The translations under genes were made by a program, and so were the position numbers. 64,000 nucleotides of DNA from contig OX597818.1 of assembly GCA_951406725.2 (NCBI GenBank), forward strand, positions 56,668,001-56,732,000, given 5' to 3'. The notes beneath the pieces are model-generated. The model was not told where the DNA came from. It was given only the letters and a program-made list of their open reading frames with translations, and did not search any database. Shown here piece by piece: positions 27,027-40,257 of this stretch; position 1 is the first letter of the stretch; each line of letters begins with the position of its first letter. This DNA is from Octopus vulgaris (Eukaryota).

Positions 27027-28320
27027 ATATGTTTGTGTGTCTGTGTTTGTCCCCCCAACATCACTTGACAACCGATGTTGAAGTGTTTACGTCCCTGTAA
27101 CTTAGCAGTTCGGCAAAAGAGACTAATAGAATAAGTACTAGGCTTCCAAAGAATAAGTCCTGGGGTCGATTTGCTCGACTAAAGGCAGTGCTCCAGCATG
27201 GCCGCAGTCAAATGACCGAAACAAGTAAAAGTGTATATACTGAGACCATGGGATTGCACCTAGAAAGTTACCCTCCAAGGCACAAGTCCGAGCAAGGTTG
27301 TTTATGGAAGACCAGCAGTCGCCCATGCATACCGGTCTCCCCTTTCCACGCCACCAGTGTTATCCAAAAGAAAGGCAAAGGGGACCGATACAGTTTGGCA
27401 CCAGTGACGTCACAACTCATTTCTACAGCTGAGTGAACTGGAGCAATGTGAAAGACTCAGCCTGGGATTCGAACTCACGACCTCACAACCGTAAGCTCGA
27501 CACTCTAACCACTGAGCCATGTGCCTTCACACACACACACATACATACATATATATCAGGCATGTTCTGAAAGTAATTACTCAGGGTAGGCAGCAGGTGA
27601 CTTTTATGTAGTAAAACACACAGAGAAAAATAAGTGAAACACAGGCGTGCAACTGAGTTGAAGGCAGATTTACTTCTGCCTTTATAGCACATAAAGAAAA
27701 TGTTGTTGTAGGAATGCACGCAGCATGTGTACTACAGCAGTACTATGCATAGCCTTAATTTTGAGATTGAAAGGCAGGGGCGAATTATGCTTACCCAATC
27801 TACAAAAAAATAAAATATTTCATATTTTATGCATAGTAATCAGACTAACCTTCATAATTTTACTGAATTAGGTGCATATTTTTTTCATGAGAGGAAAATG
27901 TTGCCATCGATCTATTTTATTCAGGGTAGGCACTGCCTACCTTGTTTACCTAGGTAGCATGTCTCTGACATATATATTAGGCATGGGGGCTCCAAAAGGT
28001 GTCTCAGGGAGTAGCATCCCTGCCTTCCTGAGATAGTTTTCCACCACATTTCTTAAAAAATCATGGTAGAGGCCTTGGTCTCAGGACCACTCATGTCTAG
28101 AAACTGAGGTTGGGATTAAGCAAGGGCATGATCCCTATAGAAAATCCAGCTCCAAAAAAGCCTCATGATAGCAAAGAAGAATGGGTACCAGCCAGCCCAA
28201 AGGTTGAGGTGGGCAGCACCTACCTACCTCGGTTGCTATGACATTGAGGTAAATTCGGGCACCCCATTAACAGGGACAAAACCCAGATTTAAAACCTAAA
28301 TGATGATGATGGTATATGTA

Positions 28321-28867
28321 CAAGGGTGAGTCAAAAAGTAATGCCATTTTATTTAGGACAGGTATAATTACCCATACAGGAACATGTAACATCCATCAAA
28401 ATGAAGCTGGTCTTCTGTGGATCACATCTCTACTTCTCAACATAGTCACCATCTCTCTCAATAGCAATGTTCCACCTTTGAATGAGAGCATGTATCCTGC
28501 CCCGTAAAATTCTGTTGACTGTTCTTTGAGCCACTTCTTCACTACAGTTTTTACTTCCTCGTCACTGGAATAATGTTTGCCTCTCAAACCCTCTTTTACA
28601 GGGCCAAAGATTATTCCAGTGACAAGGAAGTGAAAACTGTAGTGAAGAAGTGGCTCAAAGAACAGTCAACAGAATTTTATGAGGCAGGGATACATGCTCT
28701 CATTCGAAGGTGGAACATTGCTATTGAGAGAAACAGTGACTATGTTGAGAAGTAGGGATGTTGTGATCCACAGAAGACCAACTTCATTTTGATGTATGAT
28801 ACGTGTTCCTGTGTTGGTAATAATGCCTGTCCTAAACAAAATGGCATTACTTTTTGACTCACCCACG
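28321..28867. mobile_element. Mariner-derived palindromic MITE: two inverted ~255-bp copies of a mariner 3' end
   Basis: TA-caagggtgagtcaaaaagtaatgcc...ggcattactttttgactcacccacg-TA. Both arms encode the mariner C-terminus YSSDEEVKTVVKKWLKEQSTEFYEAGIHALIRRWNIAIERNSDYVEK*. Confidence 0.9.
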
Positions 28868-31031
28868 TATATATATATATATATATATGTGTGTATGTAT
28901 GTGTGTGTGTGTGTGTATGTGTGTATATATATATATATTTCTATATAACTCTGCCAAATCAAGATTGGAGCCTGGTGCAGCCATCTGGTTTGCCAGTCCT
29001 CAGTCAAATCGTCCAACCCATGCTAGCATAGAAAGTGGACGTTAAACGATGATGATGATGATGATGTATTTATGCATCCCCATCATCATCATCGTTTAAC
29101 ATCTGCCTGTCACGCTAGCATGGGTGGGACGGTTTCACAAGAGCCAACCAGGCAGAAGCATTCACCAGACTGCTGTAACTGTTTTGGCAGGATTTTTACA
29201 GCTGGATGCCCTTCCTAGCATTGGTGCTAGGAAGGACATCCAGTGTGGACTGCGTGCTTTTAAGTGGCACCTGCACTAATAGGGTCACCAAGTACTTACA
29301 AAAAAAAAAACCCAAAAGAGGGCATTGGAGGAGGTGATCTTGTGTCGGATGATGAAGATTATAGTGAGATAGAAAGAAGTGTCTTAGTGTAGAGGAAGTA
29401 CAAGGGAGGAGGCATGGCTGTGTGGTTAAGAAGCTTACTGCTTGCAGTCTCAGGTTCAATCTCACCACACGGCACCTCAGGTGAATGTCTTCTGCAATAG
29501 TCGCAAGTCAAGCAAAGCCCTGTGAATGCCTTTGGTTGATGGAAACTGAGAGAAGCCTATAGTGTGTATGTATGTGAATGCGTATGTGTATGTGTGTGCA
29601 CATGTGTATGTGTGAGTTTGTGTGTGCGTGTGCATACATTCATGTGTGTGTGTTTGTGTATGCGACTCTCTTTGTCTTGACATTATGTTATGACTGTGAA
29701 CAGGGATCAACATCATACAAGCAATGTCATTTGTTTCCACGATGCAGGTGTAGCTGTGTGGTAAGACTTCTGCTTCTCAACCACATGGCTCTGGGTTCAG
29801 TTCCACTGCGTGGCACCTAGGTTTGGGCAAGTGTCTTCTACTAAAACTCTGGGTTGACCAAAGCAGGAGTGGCTGTGTGGTAAGTAGCTTGCTTACCAAC
29901 CACATGGTTCTGGGTTTAGTCCCACTGCATGGCACCTTGGGCAAGTGTCTTCTACTATAACCTTGGGCCAACTGAAGCCTTCAGAGTGGATTCAGTAGAT
30001 GGAAACTGAAAGAAGCCTGTCATATATATGTGTGCGAGTGTGTCTGTGTCTGTGTTTGTCCTCCACCACTGTTTGGTAACTGGTGATGGTTTGTTTGCAT
30101 CCTCATAACTTAGTGGTTCAGCAAAGAGAACAACAGAATACATACCCTGCTTAAACAATAGAAAAGAAGGAAAAAAGTACTGGGGTGAGGTGGGGGGTCA
30201 ATTCATCCAATAAAGACATTCTTCGAAGTGGTGCCCCAACATGGCTACAGTCTAATTTAACAAAACAAGTAAAAAATAAAAGATAAAGGACGAAAAACAT
30301 GTCTGGCCAGGGGTGGGGGTGATATCACCTTGGTCGGAAAGAGGTAAGGGTTGGTGACAGGAAGGGCATCCAGCTGTAGAAACATCTGCCTTGGAAAATT
30401 CCATCCAATCCATGCCAGCATGGAAAAGCAGACATTCAAATGATGATGATGATGATGATGTTAATGACAATGGTGGTGGTGGTGGTGATGAATAGTAAAA
30501 GAAAATAGGATAATTAACAAGGTCAGTTTGTGGTACTTATAGCAAATATTTTGATGGTGTAATGTCAGGAATTAGGTAGATGGGATGGGGGGACTCAGGG
30601 GGGGGGGAAGAAATTAACGAATGGGAATGGAACGTTTTTTGCGACTTGTTAAATGGCAATGATTACTATTCTATGGTGTTATTGAGCACAAACACATATT
30701 TACACACATACACACATATGCATGTATATTTAATGTATGCGAGCATATATATGTGTGTTTATATATATATATGTATGTATATATGTGAAATTTAATAAAG
30801 TATTATTACCATGATTATTATTAATAATAATAATAATAAAGTGGTGAATAAGTTTAACCTATATAGGTAAAATATACAAATAAATAGAGTACTGAAATAG
30901 TGAGAAATTTGTGGTTTTGGAGTGTTAACTCCTCTTTCTAGCAAGTAGTATTCCAGTACCCTACTTTATATATATATATATATGTATATATATAAATCTC
31001 TGAGCGAGTTATAAACAGTAGCTGCACAACA

Positions 31032-31416
31032 TCGTGAAGTATATTTGCCACCTAAATAAGGCTAACCCTTAAGGGTTGATGTTACTGTAGCTTGTAGCCC
31101 TAGGAAGACATCTCCTCCAGCTGGCTATTGACACACTATCTGTGCTCTTTCAGTATATATATATTTGCATTGAGAACCACTTCCCATCACCAACCAGTGG
31201 TTGTCACACGCTGATGACAGGTCAATATCCAGAAACTCGGGTCCGTGTGTATCACGTCAGGTTGGAGATGGGAACGATGACTTCCCTTTGCAAATACTGA
31301 TAGGGCACAGAAAGTGTGTCAATAGCCAACTGGAGAAGATGTCTTCCTGGGGCTACAAGCTACAGTAGCATCACCCTTAAGGGCTAGCCACATTTAGGTG
31401 GCAAATATACTTACGA
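31032..31416. repeat. ~385-bp foldback element between (TA)n tracts
   Basis: aagtatatttgccacctaaat...cccttaaggg...gacacact.tctgtgc pairs with gcacaga.agtgtgtc...cccttaaggg...atttaggtggcaaatatactt. Pairing continues inward (ttcccatc/gatgggaa, ccaacc/ggttgg). Confidence 0.92.
31205..31249 (+). ncRNA. Type I hammerhead ribozyme motif at the foldback apex
   Basis: cacacg-CTGATGA-caggtcaatatcca-GAAA-ctcggg-TC-cgtgtg. Perfect 6-bp stem I, near-palindromic stem III (ACTCGGGT), GUC site, weak stem II. Confidence 0.8.
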
Positions 31417-31417
31417 G

Positions 31418-31465
<48 letters not shown>

Positions 31466-31468
<3 letters not shown>

Positions 31469-32438
31469 AGCAGAGTTATCCGGCGTTGCCCGTGTTACAT
31501 GTAATTGAAGAATTAGACTTTTCTGTTATATTTTCTGTAATGAATTGGAATACCTGTTTCGAATTTCATCAAAATTGCAGATGAGGGTTATTTCCCTCTT
31601 TACACTCTCAAACAAAATTGTAATCGTGCCACATGTATCCCATACTACTGATTTTTATGTGCATATTCCAAAATTCTAGTCTTATAGAACCTGTTAAAAG
31701 GATTTTGCTCCTGAAAAATGGAGGTCATGGAGCTCTAAAATGTGAGAGTTAAGGCCCCTATTGGGGGTGGGCGTTTTAATGTCAACCAGAGAAGTTGAAT
31801 TGTTGAGAATCTTTTTAACTTGGGTCCTATATCTATTGTCTGAATTTCTTTGAAATAGGAAATATATGTTCACTGGGTTTGTAAAAGAGAGCAAAGTTAC
31901 AGGAAACTAAAAGACGAATGATCACAATAAGCAATCAGTTACCCTACCCTAGTCGTTACCACTCCCAATGTAGTATTCCTCACCATCCAGGTGAAAGGCA
32001 CAGCTGTATGATGCATTACGGATCTATAGCAATTGGAAGAGCGTGACCCAACTGAAATAAACATTAACAAGTGTGTGACGTGAGGGCTAAGGAGAAATGA
32101 AAGTTGGAGTTTGCAAATGACCACTATACTGATATGTAACTGGACAGAATAAATTTACAATCCATAAATGTCTTTGAATAACCAGTCACTCATCTGGGAA
32201 GGCCTTGAAATCAGTGTTACCATCTGGGGACTATGTGTGACCCAGTGATAATAAAAAGACTGAAAGGAGGTCTGCGATCAAATAACTTTACTCAACACTT
32301 TGCAACTGAATCAGTGGAGGCAAAGATACCTCTCATTTACTTCACAATTTATGTAGCACAATGCAGAAATCACAATTTAAGTGTATGTCAAAGATAGATA
32401 GATACACATATACAAATACATGTGTACACAAACAATTC

Positions 32439-32483
<45 letters not shown>

Positions 32484-33345
32484 AAATAAGAAAATGGAGA
32501 AATAAATCGAAATCAAATATCAATTACCAGATAATACTCAATCAAATACGTTATTAAACCACTACATAAGAAACTATAAGGTTAAACATAATAATGCAGG
32601 GTAAAACAGTGTACATGAAGGAGTGTACATAAAATAGTAATGTTATACAATAAGTAGAATACGTATAATAGAACATAAATATAAGTACACATAAATATAG
32701 ACTATATCTTACAGCTGTTTCAGCCATGTAGATAAGCATGTCTCATTCAACTCATATTAGCCATTTATGGTAGGTCAATATGTAGTTATAAATGAGACAT
32801 TTACAAAAACATCCTAAGGCTTCTTCGGAGATTACAAATTAGATTACCTACATACTTATATAGGTGTGGGTACATACCCATAATAAAACATATACATATG
32901 AGTGTATATACTCACTTGGAAGTTTAAAGAATATTAAAGGAAATAAATATATTTATTCTGATAAAATAGATATTTTCAGAAAAATTCTATCAGATGATGT
33001 GAGTATAAAGAAAGTTATTAAAATACCGAAATCAATCACAGTTTAATTTTGTAGAACTTCTAAATATACAATGTTTTCAGTGTGTCCTTTAATTGGGGTA
33101 CAAATAAAAAGAGTTTTGGGTCTTCCAATTCGTGAACATCCTACATATAATTGCCAATGAGAGAAGCAAGGTTAAATCCAAGAACATTGAGAGATTGAAC
33201 TTGAGATTTGTTTATGGACATAGCAAAATTTAGTTTCACTGGGAATTGGAGCCGTTTAAATTCATAAGGGAGGTCAGATGGGATTAATGGGATCTGTGGA
33301 ATGAAGACACCATCACCCTTATATTTCCCAAGAGAAATGAATTCT
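31466..33345 (-). mobile_element. Helitron remnant: 3' hairpin and CTGG terminus at ~31466-31493, PIF1-like helicase C-terminus at ~33055-33345
   Basis: Minus strand reads cgggcaacgccgg...ctgg|t. Protein VFIPQIPLIPSDLPYEFKRLQFPVKLNFAMSINKSQ...QLYVGCSR is typical of the Helitron RepHel helicase end. That both parts belong to one element is inferred. Confidence 0.75.
32706..32832 (-). ncRNA. Type I hammerhead motif with long stem II and CCGAAGA core, in a Penelope-like pLTR fragment (~32482-32900)
   Basis: Minus strand: atct-CCGAAGA-agcc[hairpin incl. atgtctcatt/aatgagacat]ggct-GAAA-CAGCTG-TA-agat. Confidence 0.75.
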
Positions 33346-34607
33346 GGTGATAAGGACCAAACCTCTTGTTTCATGATCACACTTAAAAAACGTTTATCTT
33401 TACTTTAAAAAAAATGAGGTGGAGGGGTTGTTGATGTATGACGGGGAACTATTCAATATCATGTTTGTTTCTTCAGAATCGTTTGCCTTTAAAGCGAAAA
33501 AACAGAACTGATGTAGATGACAGGCATCATCATCATCATCATCGTTTAGCGTCCGCTTTCCATGCTAGCATGGGTTGGACGGTGCAACTGGGGTCTGGGA
33601 AGCCAGAAGGCTGCACCAGGCCCAGTCTGATCTGGCAATGTTTCTACGGCTGGATGCCCTTCCTAACGCCAACCACTCCATGAGTGTAGTGGGTGCTTTT
33701 TACGTGCCACCTGCACAGGTGCCAGACAAGTCTGACAAACGGCCATGGTCGGATGGTGCTTTTTACGTGCCACTGGTACGGAGGCCAGGCGAGGCTGGCA
33801 ATGGCCACGATCGGATGGTGCTTTTTACGTGCCACCGGCACGGAAGCCAGTCAGGGCAGCACTGGCAACGGCCACGTTCGGATGGTTGTAAAACATATTT
33901 CTGTTTTTGAAAAAAAAGCTTAAAATTTAGTGACACACCCCATTCCCAAAACTTCCCTGGGTAATGAAAAACCTTCATGCCAAATTTGGTACAGATTGGC
34001 CCTGAGGTTTGGCTGTGCAGAACAATAGACTGTATGGCTAAGGGGAAATTATAGATTCAGTTTCAAATCTGAGGTAGGACCAATATCTAAGTAGTAATAC
34101 TCACATTGGATTTAAATATGAAATATCGAGTGTGCTCTCACTAATTTTATTAGGTCCATTCCATGAAGAATTATTTGAATAACTCACGTCAACATCTCTA
34201 ACTTATGTCATGGAAATATTGAACTTTAAAATTTACAAAGTTTATCGTATAAATTGAAAGATATCCTACAATGTATAACCGTGTGTCCGTATGAAGATCT
34301 TTCGCTATTTAGAAACCTTACTGTTTCTTTTTCTTTAAACCTCGTTTCATTATCACAATTAAAAAACGTTTCAGAATTGTTTACCTTCAAAACAAAACAG
34401 CAAAACCGATGTAATTTCCAGACAACCAAATTTGGTACAGAGTGATCGATCCAGCAGTTTGGCCATGCATAGAAGAAACACACACACACACACAGTAAGA
34501 ATAAAAGTGAAACAATTAGTGAAGGAAAAGTGAAACTATAGTACTTGAGAGGACCTGTCAAGCCGAGTGCATCCATGCTGGTGACACGTAAAGAACATCT
34601 TTTGAAT

Positions 34608-34750
34608 GTTGGGCCTGACGAAGGTAATGTGGCCAAGTTCCTTTCAAGCATTGGGCCTCACAGAGACAAGATGGCTGAGTTCCTTTCAGGCATTGGGCCT
34701 CATGGAGGCAAAGTGGCTGAGTTCCTTTTGAGTGTTGGGCCTCATGAAGG
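34608..34750 (+). repeat. ~42-bp tandem repeat (about 3.5 units) in the upstream part of a family D element
   Basis: Recurrent ttgggcctca...tggctgagttcctttc. Confidence 0.75.
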
Positions 34751-35659
34751 AAGATCTCATGGAAGCAATGACCAAGACCTTTGGCATTATGTCATGCTTG
34801 AGAAGAAGAATCCATCAAGCTGAGCAAAATCAGTCATGGCAGATACCAGTGTCACGCAAATAGGCACCAGTGCTGGTGGCACATAAAAGCCACCTGGTGT
34901 CACACAAATGGTACCTGTGCCAGTGGCACGTAAAAGCACCCATTACACTCTCAGAGTGGTTGGCATTAGGAAGGGCATTCAGCTGTAGAAAACCATGCCA
35001 AATCAGATTGGAGTCTGGTGCAGCCTTCCTGTATGCCAGCCCAGTCACACCATCCAACCCATGCCAGCATGGACAACAGACATTAAATGATGATGATGAT
35101 GAGAATATTTATATATATATATATATATATATCTCATACATAAAAAGCAGCCATACCAGTGCTGTGCAAAAGTACCCAGTACACTTTGTAAAGTGGTTGT
35201 CATTAGGAAGGGTATCTAGCTGAGCTGCAGAAACCATGCCAACACAGACATGGAACGTGAACAGCCCTTCAACTTGTCAGCTTCTGTCAAACTGTCCAAC
35301 CCATACCAGCATCGAAAACAGATTGATGATGATAATGGTATAGTAGAAGACACTTGCCCAAGGTTCCATGCAGTAGGACTGAACCCGAAATCCTGTGGTT
35401 GGTGAGCAAGCTACTCACCACACAGCCACTCCCACGCCTATAGTAGAAACAACTATTTCATATCTTTATAAAGGCAGTAAGACCGGACAAAATACTTGGG
35501 GTCATTTTGTCCATCTTTATGATTTGAGTTCAAATTCCGCCAAGGTCAACTTTGCCGTTTTTCCTTCAGGGTCGATTAAAGAAGTACCAGTGAAACACTA
35601 GGGTGGATGTACTTGACTAGTCCCCTCCCTACAAGTTTCAGACCTTGTGCTTACAGGTG

Positions 35660-36320
35660 CTATGTCTTCTCGTCCAACGTCACACCGTCAAATGTCTTTT
35701 CATCCACGTCTTTTGGTCCAAAATCTTTTTATCCGATGATTTTTTTTGTCCGACAAATCCTATCAATAAAATTCTCAATGATTCTTTGATTTTGATGTTC
35801 ACCTTGTTTTCTAAAGAGTTTATTTAAAATTAGCAGTATCGCCCACCGTTGCTCAGGTCTGTTTCGACCCTTTAGAATTGGCATTTTTGAAAAGTAAAAA
35901 TTTTGCATTATGTAGCTTGTTATTCTCCTTAAGTGAACAATTTTCTGGTTGAAATACACCGAAAAATGGCGACACAGCAGTCAAAAAATCGTTAAAATTA
36001 GGGATTTTCATAGAAAAAAAGCACCTTTTTGATGTAAATAATATTTGGTGTTACCATGGTCCAATTTGAATTTTTTCTTCTACAGAAGGAAGAGCAAGCC
36101 TTCTTCTATCATACTCTCAATTTTGGTCAACTTGCGCTGCAGGGTCTTGGAGGAGATAGTGTAAGTTGAAGGCTACCAGACCTGCCATACACAGACAACT
36201 TCAGCTTTATATAGAGAGGGATTGGACAAAAAAATCATCGGACAAAAAGACGTCAGACCAAAAGACGTGGACGAAGTGACGTTGGACAAAGTGACATCAG
36301 ACAAAAAGATGGCTCGCGGT
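35660..36320. mobile_element. MITE with ~15-bp subterminal tandem repeats, interrupted by a non-autonomous Helitron (35830-36217, minus strand)
   Basis: gtccaacgtcac/tccacgtcttttggtc/tccgatgatttttt on the left mirror aaaaaatcatcgga/gaccaaaagacgtgga/gtgacgttggac on the right. The insert is the reverse complement of 49196-49588. Confidence 0.75.
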
Positions 36321-36558
36321 ACCTATAATGGAATAGAAAAGATTATTTCATGTCTTTTTTTACAGTTTACCATTATTTCCTGAAAGAAGGTGATGAACTG
36401 GCATAACCATTAGCACACTGGGCATGTTGGACAAACGCTTAGCAACATTTCATTCATCTTTAAGTTCTGAGTTCAAATTCCACCTGAGGTCAACTTCGCC
36501 TGTCATCCTTTTGGGATCAAGAAAATAAGTACCAGTCAAACAGTGGGGTTGATGTAAT

Positions 36559-36724
36559 CACTAGCATAGCTAGGTGAGGGCGATAGGGGTGGTTCACCCT
36601 GGGAAGCACTTTTAAAGGGGTGACACTTTTGGTTCTGCTGTTGGCAATGCGTTTTTTGTAGGGCCAGGGGGCAGCAAACAAAAGGGTCACCCTGGGCAGC
36701 ACACACACTCTAGCTGGCGTAGTG
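36559..36724. mobile_element. hAT-like MITE with 8-bp TSD gatgtaat, related copy at ~45770-45925
   Basis: gatgtaat at 36551-36558 and 36725-36732, termini cacta...tagtg. Confidence 0.7.
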
Positions 36725-36740
36725 GATGTAATTGACTTAA

Positions 36741-36962
36741 GGCGGCGAGCTGGCAGAAACATTAGCACGTCGGGTGAAATGCTTAGCGGTATTTCGTCTG
36801 TCGATACGTTCTGAGTTCAGATTCCGCCGAGGTCGACTTTGCCTTTCATCCTTTCGGGGTCGATTAAATAAGTACCAGTTACGCACTGGGGTCGATATAA
36901 TCGACTTAATCCGTTTGTTTGTCCCCTCTGTGTTTAGCCCCTTGTGGGTAGTAACGAAATAG
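36741..36962 (+). mobile_element. SINE family A, full length, with 16-bp TSD
   Basis: gatgtaattgacttaa at 36725-36740 and 36963-36978. Confidence 0.9.
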
Positions 36963-38234
36963 GATGTAATTGACTTAACTCATTCCTCGAAATTGCTGGC
37001 ATTGTGCCAAAATTTGAAACCATTATTTCTCAAAAGAGTGATGGAATGACAGAATCGGTAGAACATCAGAAAAAAAAATGTCATGTTCTGACTCTTCATA
37101 ATGTGAGGTCAGTTCCTGCTGAGATTAATTTTGTCCATCGTCCATTTGGGGTTAGTAAAATGTAGACCAGCCAAGTACCAAGGTTGGTTACATTGACCAA
37201 TCCTCCTGGCCTCGAGAATAAATTAGAAAGAAGCTAGAATTATTTCCTGATGAATGGGAAATTTGAGGCAGTGGCTTTTGAGGATTGATCAAGATCATAT
37301 GAACGGGAGCACTTAAGTACATGCCATTTAGTAGACGGATGTATATGCACACACATCAACCACACAATCTTGCTTTGTCTACAGAATATATTTAATTGGT
37401 TAGAGCTGTGAATCATAACCAGGGTAGTGGCACAAACTTAGTGACATTGTATGTTCATGAGATGATGTAACCTTTTAGCGTTTGGCCAGTGTTCTGTGTG
37501 TTTTATGCTAAAACTGACCCGGATCCAACGTTTTACATTTATCCTGCAATGTCATATACAATTACATCATCAGAATCTTGAAGCTACAAGATAATGCATG
37601 ATTAATTTAAAACAATGCAAACAAACAAACACAGTCGACAAAGAAATCTGAATGCAAAAGGATTGAAGGATACATAAATAAAATGGAAGTATACAAAAAT
37701 AAACATTATTTTCTATCATCATCATTTAACGTCTGTTTTCCATGCTAGCATGGGTTGGACGGTTCGACTGGGGTCTGGTAACCCAGGAGGCTGCGCCAGG
37801 CTCCAGTCTGATCTGGCAGTATTTCTAAAGCTGGATGCCCTTCCTAACGCCAACCAGTCTGTGAGTGTAGTGGGTGCTTTTTACATGCCACCGGCACAGG
37901 GGCCAGAGGAGGCTGGCAAACAGACACGATTGGTTGGTGCTTTTTACGTGTCACTGACACGGAAGCCAGCCAAGGCGGCGCTGGCATTAGCCACGTTTGG
38001 ATGGTGTTTTTTACATGCTACCAGCATGTGTATCACAACTACAATTTCCATTTGATTTTCATTTTGATGTTGGTGTTGACGTACTTGACTCAATAGGTCT
38101 CCTGAAGCACAGCAGATCACCCTACAATCCAAGGTTAGGACAGCAGGCCGTCCTGTGAGCCATGAACTCACTTCATTTGTCGGTATTATTAAATTTTGCT
38201 TAGTTTATATTTTGAATTACATATATATATATAT

Positions 38235-38540
38235 TGTTGTTTGTTCCTTCTCGAGCCATGCCAGGTTCATAAGGGCTGGTTTCCCAGTTTCATTGGCGTA
38301 TAGGTTCCCCACCTGGACGGGATGCCAGTCCCTTGCAGGTGAGCTGCTAAATGCAGGAGGAAAGAGTGAGAGAAAGTTGTGGCGAAAGAGTCAGCAGAAG
38401 TTCACCATTACCTTCTGCTGGAACCACATGGAGCTTAAGTGTTTCGCTCATAAACACACACATCGCTCTGTCTGAGATTCAAACCTGTGAGCCCTTGACC
38501 ACAAGTCCACTGCTCTAATCACTAGGGCATGTGCCACCGC
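38235..38540 (-). mobile_element. B-related SINE
   Basis: Reverse complement of the head at 23390 and of the body at 23640-23800. Confidence 0.7.
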
Positions 38541-39012
38541 ATTACATATATATAGGGGTACCAAAATCTATTAAGTGCTTAAAACCTTAATGGGTCTTAA
38601 TCCAGCCCTACCTTAAAGACATTTTCAACAAAATCTTTTTTTTTTTCTTTTGATAATATAAGTAAAACACTGTGTTATCAGCAAATAGGATGGTGCCAAG
38701 GTCCAATATAATTTAATTAAGTCCTGAAGTTGATGAGCTTGTAGAAATATTAGTACATCAGACGAAATATTTAGTATAATTTCTTCCAACTTTTTGCATG
38801 CTGAGCTTACATCCTGCCAGGATCAACTTTGCCCTTTTTCCTCCCAGGGTTGTAACAGAGCTTCATTCAAATATCTGGCCCAATGTATTTAACTGGCACC
38901 CTTCTCTCTAAAGCTGTTCGCCTTGTGCCAAAATTTGAAACAATTTTATAAGACCTTTCATTCTTTTATCATCATCTAGTTGAGCTTGTTTTAAAAATTT
39001 TTAACCCAGACA

Positions 39013-39170
39013 CAGGGGTGGACTGAAAGTATTAAGGGCCCTTGGGCATAACTGTTTACCAGGCTCCTTTGAATGTGTGTTTTAGTAGAGTTGACATGTA
39101 GAGTGCAGGCCCCTCAGAGATCCATGCCTTCGAGCAGGGCCCGATTGACCGGCAGCTCAGTCCACCCCTG
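39013..39170. mobile_element. hAT-like MITE
   Basis: TIR caggggtggactga/tcagtccacccctg. 8-bp TSD cccagaca/cccacaca with one mismatch. Confidence 0.8.
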
Positions 39171-40226
39171 CCCACACATGTCATCCATCTCGGTCCTACA
39201 TTGAGGGAAGTCTTCAGGAAAGCATCAAGTGTTTTTTATTTCTTTATTGCCCACAAGGGGCTAAACATAGGCGGGGACAAACAAAAACTGAGAAGGAGAT
39301 TAAGTCGATTACATCGACCCCAGTGCATAACTGGTAATTAATTTATCGACCCCAAAAGTCGACCTCGGTGGAATTTGAACCCAGAACGTAATGGCAGACG
39401 AAATACTGTTAAGCATTTCGCCCGGCATGCTAACGTTTCTGCCAGCTCGCCGCCTTCACTGGATGCCTTCAGGTAGGCATCCAGTGTTTCTGGCAAGTTG
39501 ATCTACATATATGGTGTTTGGACAACTGGCTTGAGTATGACCATGCTTTGGCATCCATAGCAGTTGGTCACTCTCCAGCAATATCCATCAAAGTACAAGC
39601 ACCTTTCCCTTATAATGGTAGAAACAGGCATTCATAGTTTAATAATATAATAAAAAAAAAACTTTAACAAGAAGAGGCACTAGTTTACAGAAATAACTAA
39701 AGGGAGCTTTATACTGACAAGAAAGTTTAAAGTAAGGTGGCTAATTAACCACTACACAAAATTAACTTGTGTTTGATTAAAATAATCTGCATTTTTGGGA
39801 TCTTTTACCCAAAACATGAAGAGGAGGCATTTGTGAAATGTCCTTTAAGGAAAAGGGCCCCGAGTTAAAAAAAAAGGTTCAGAACCAGTAATTCAGAAAG
39901 AAACAATGGTTCCCTAAGTAGTTGGCACCATTACCTTACATCATCATAGCAGCAGCAGCAGTGTTTTAACATCCACTTTTCCATGCTTGCATGGGTTAGA
40001 TGGAGTTTATCAAGGCAGATTTTCTAAGGCTAGATGCTCTTTCTGTTACAAACCTTCACTTTTTTTTAAAAACGAGATAACTCTCAGATGTTTCCAGTGG
40101 TCAGATATACTTCTGTGGATGTTTTGGTGACAATTCACCTTTTCAGTCACAGTTGATCTGTCGCTTGTTTAGCCAGGTACTATATAACAGTAGTGCATAA
40201 GTTATATATAGATATGTGGTTTGATT

Positions 40227-40257
<31 letters not shown>

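Noticed and set aside
34608-34750. CRISPR-like periodic repeat
   Set aside because: Units are contiguous tandem copies without unique spacers, in a eukaryotic retroelement UTR context with no cas genes.
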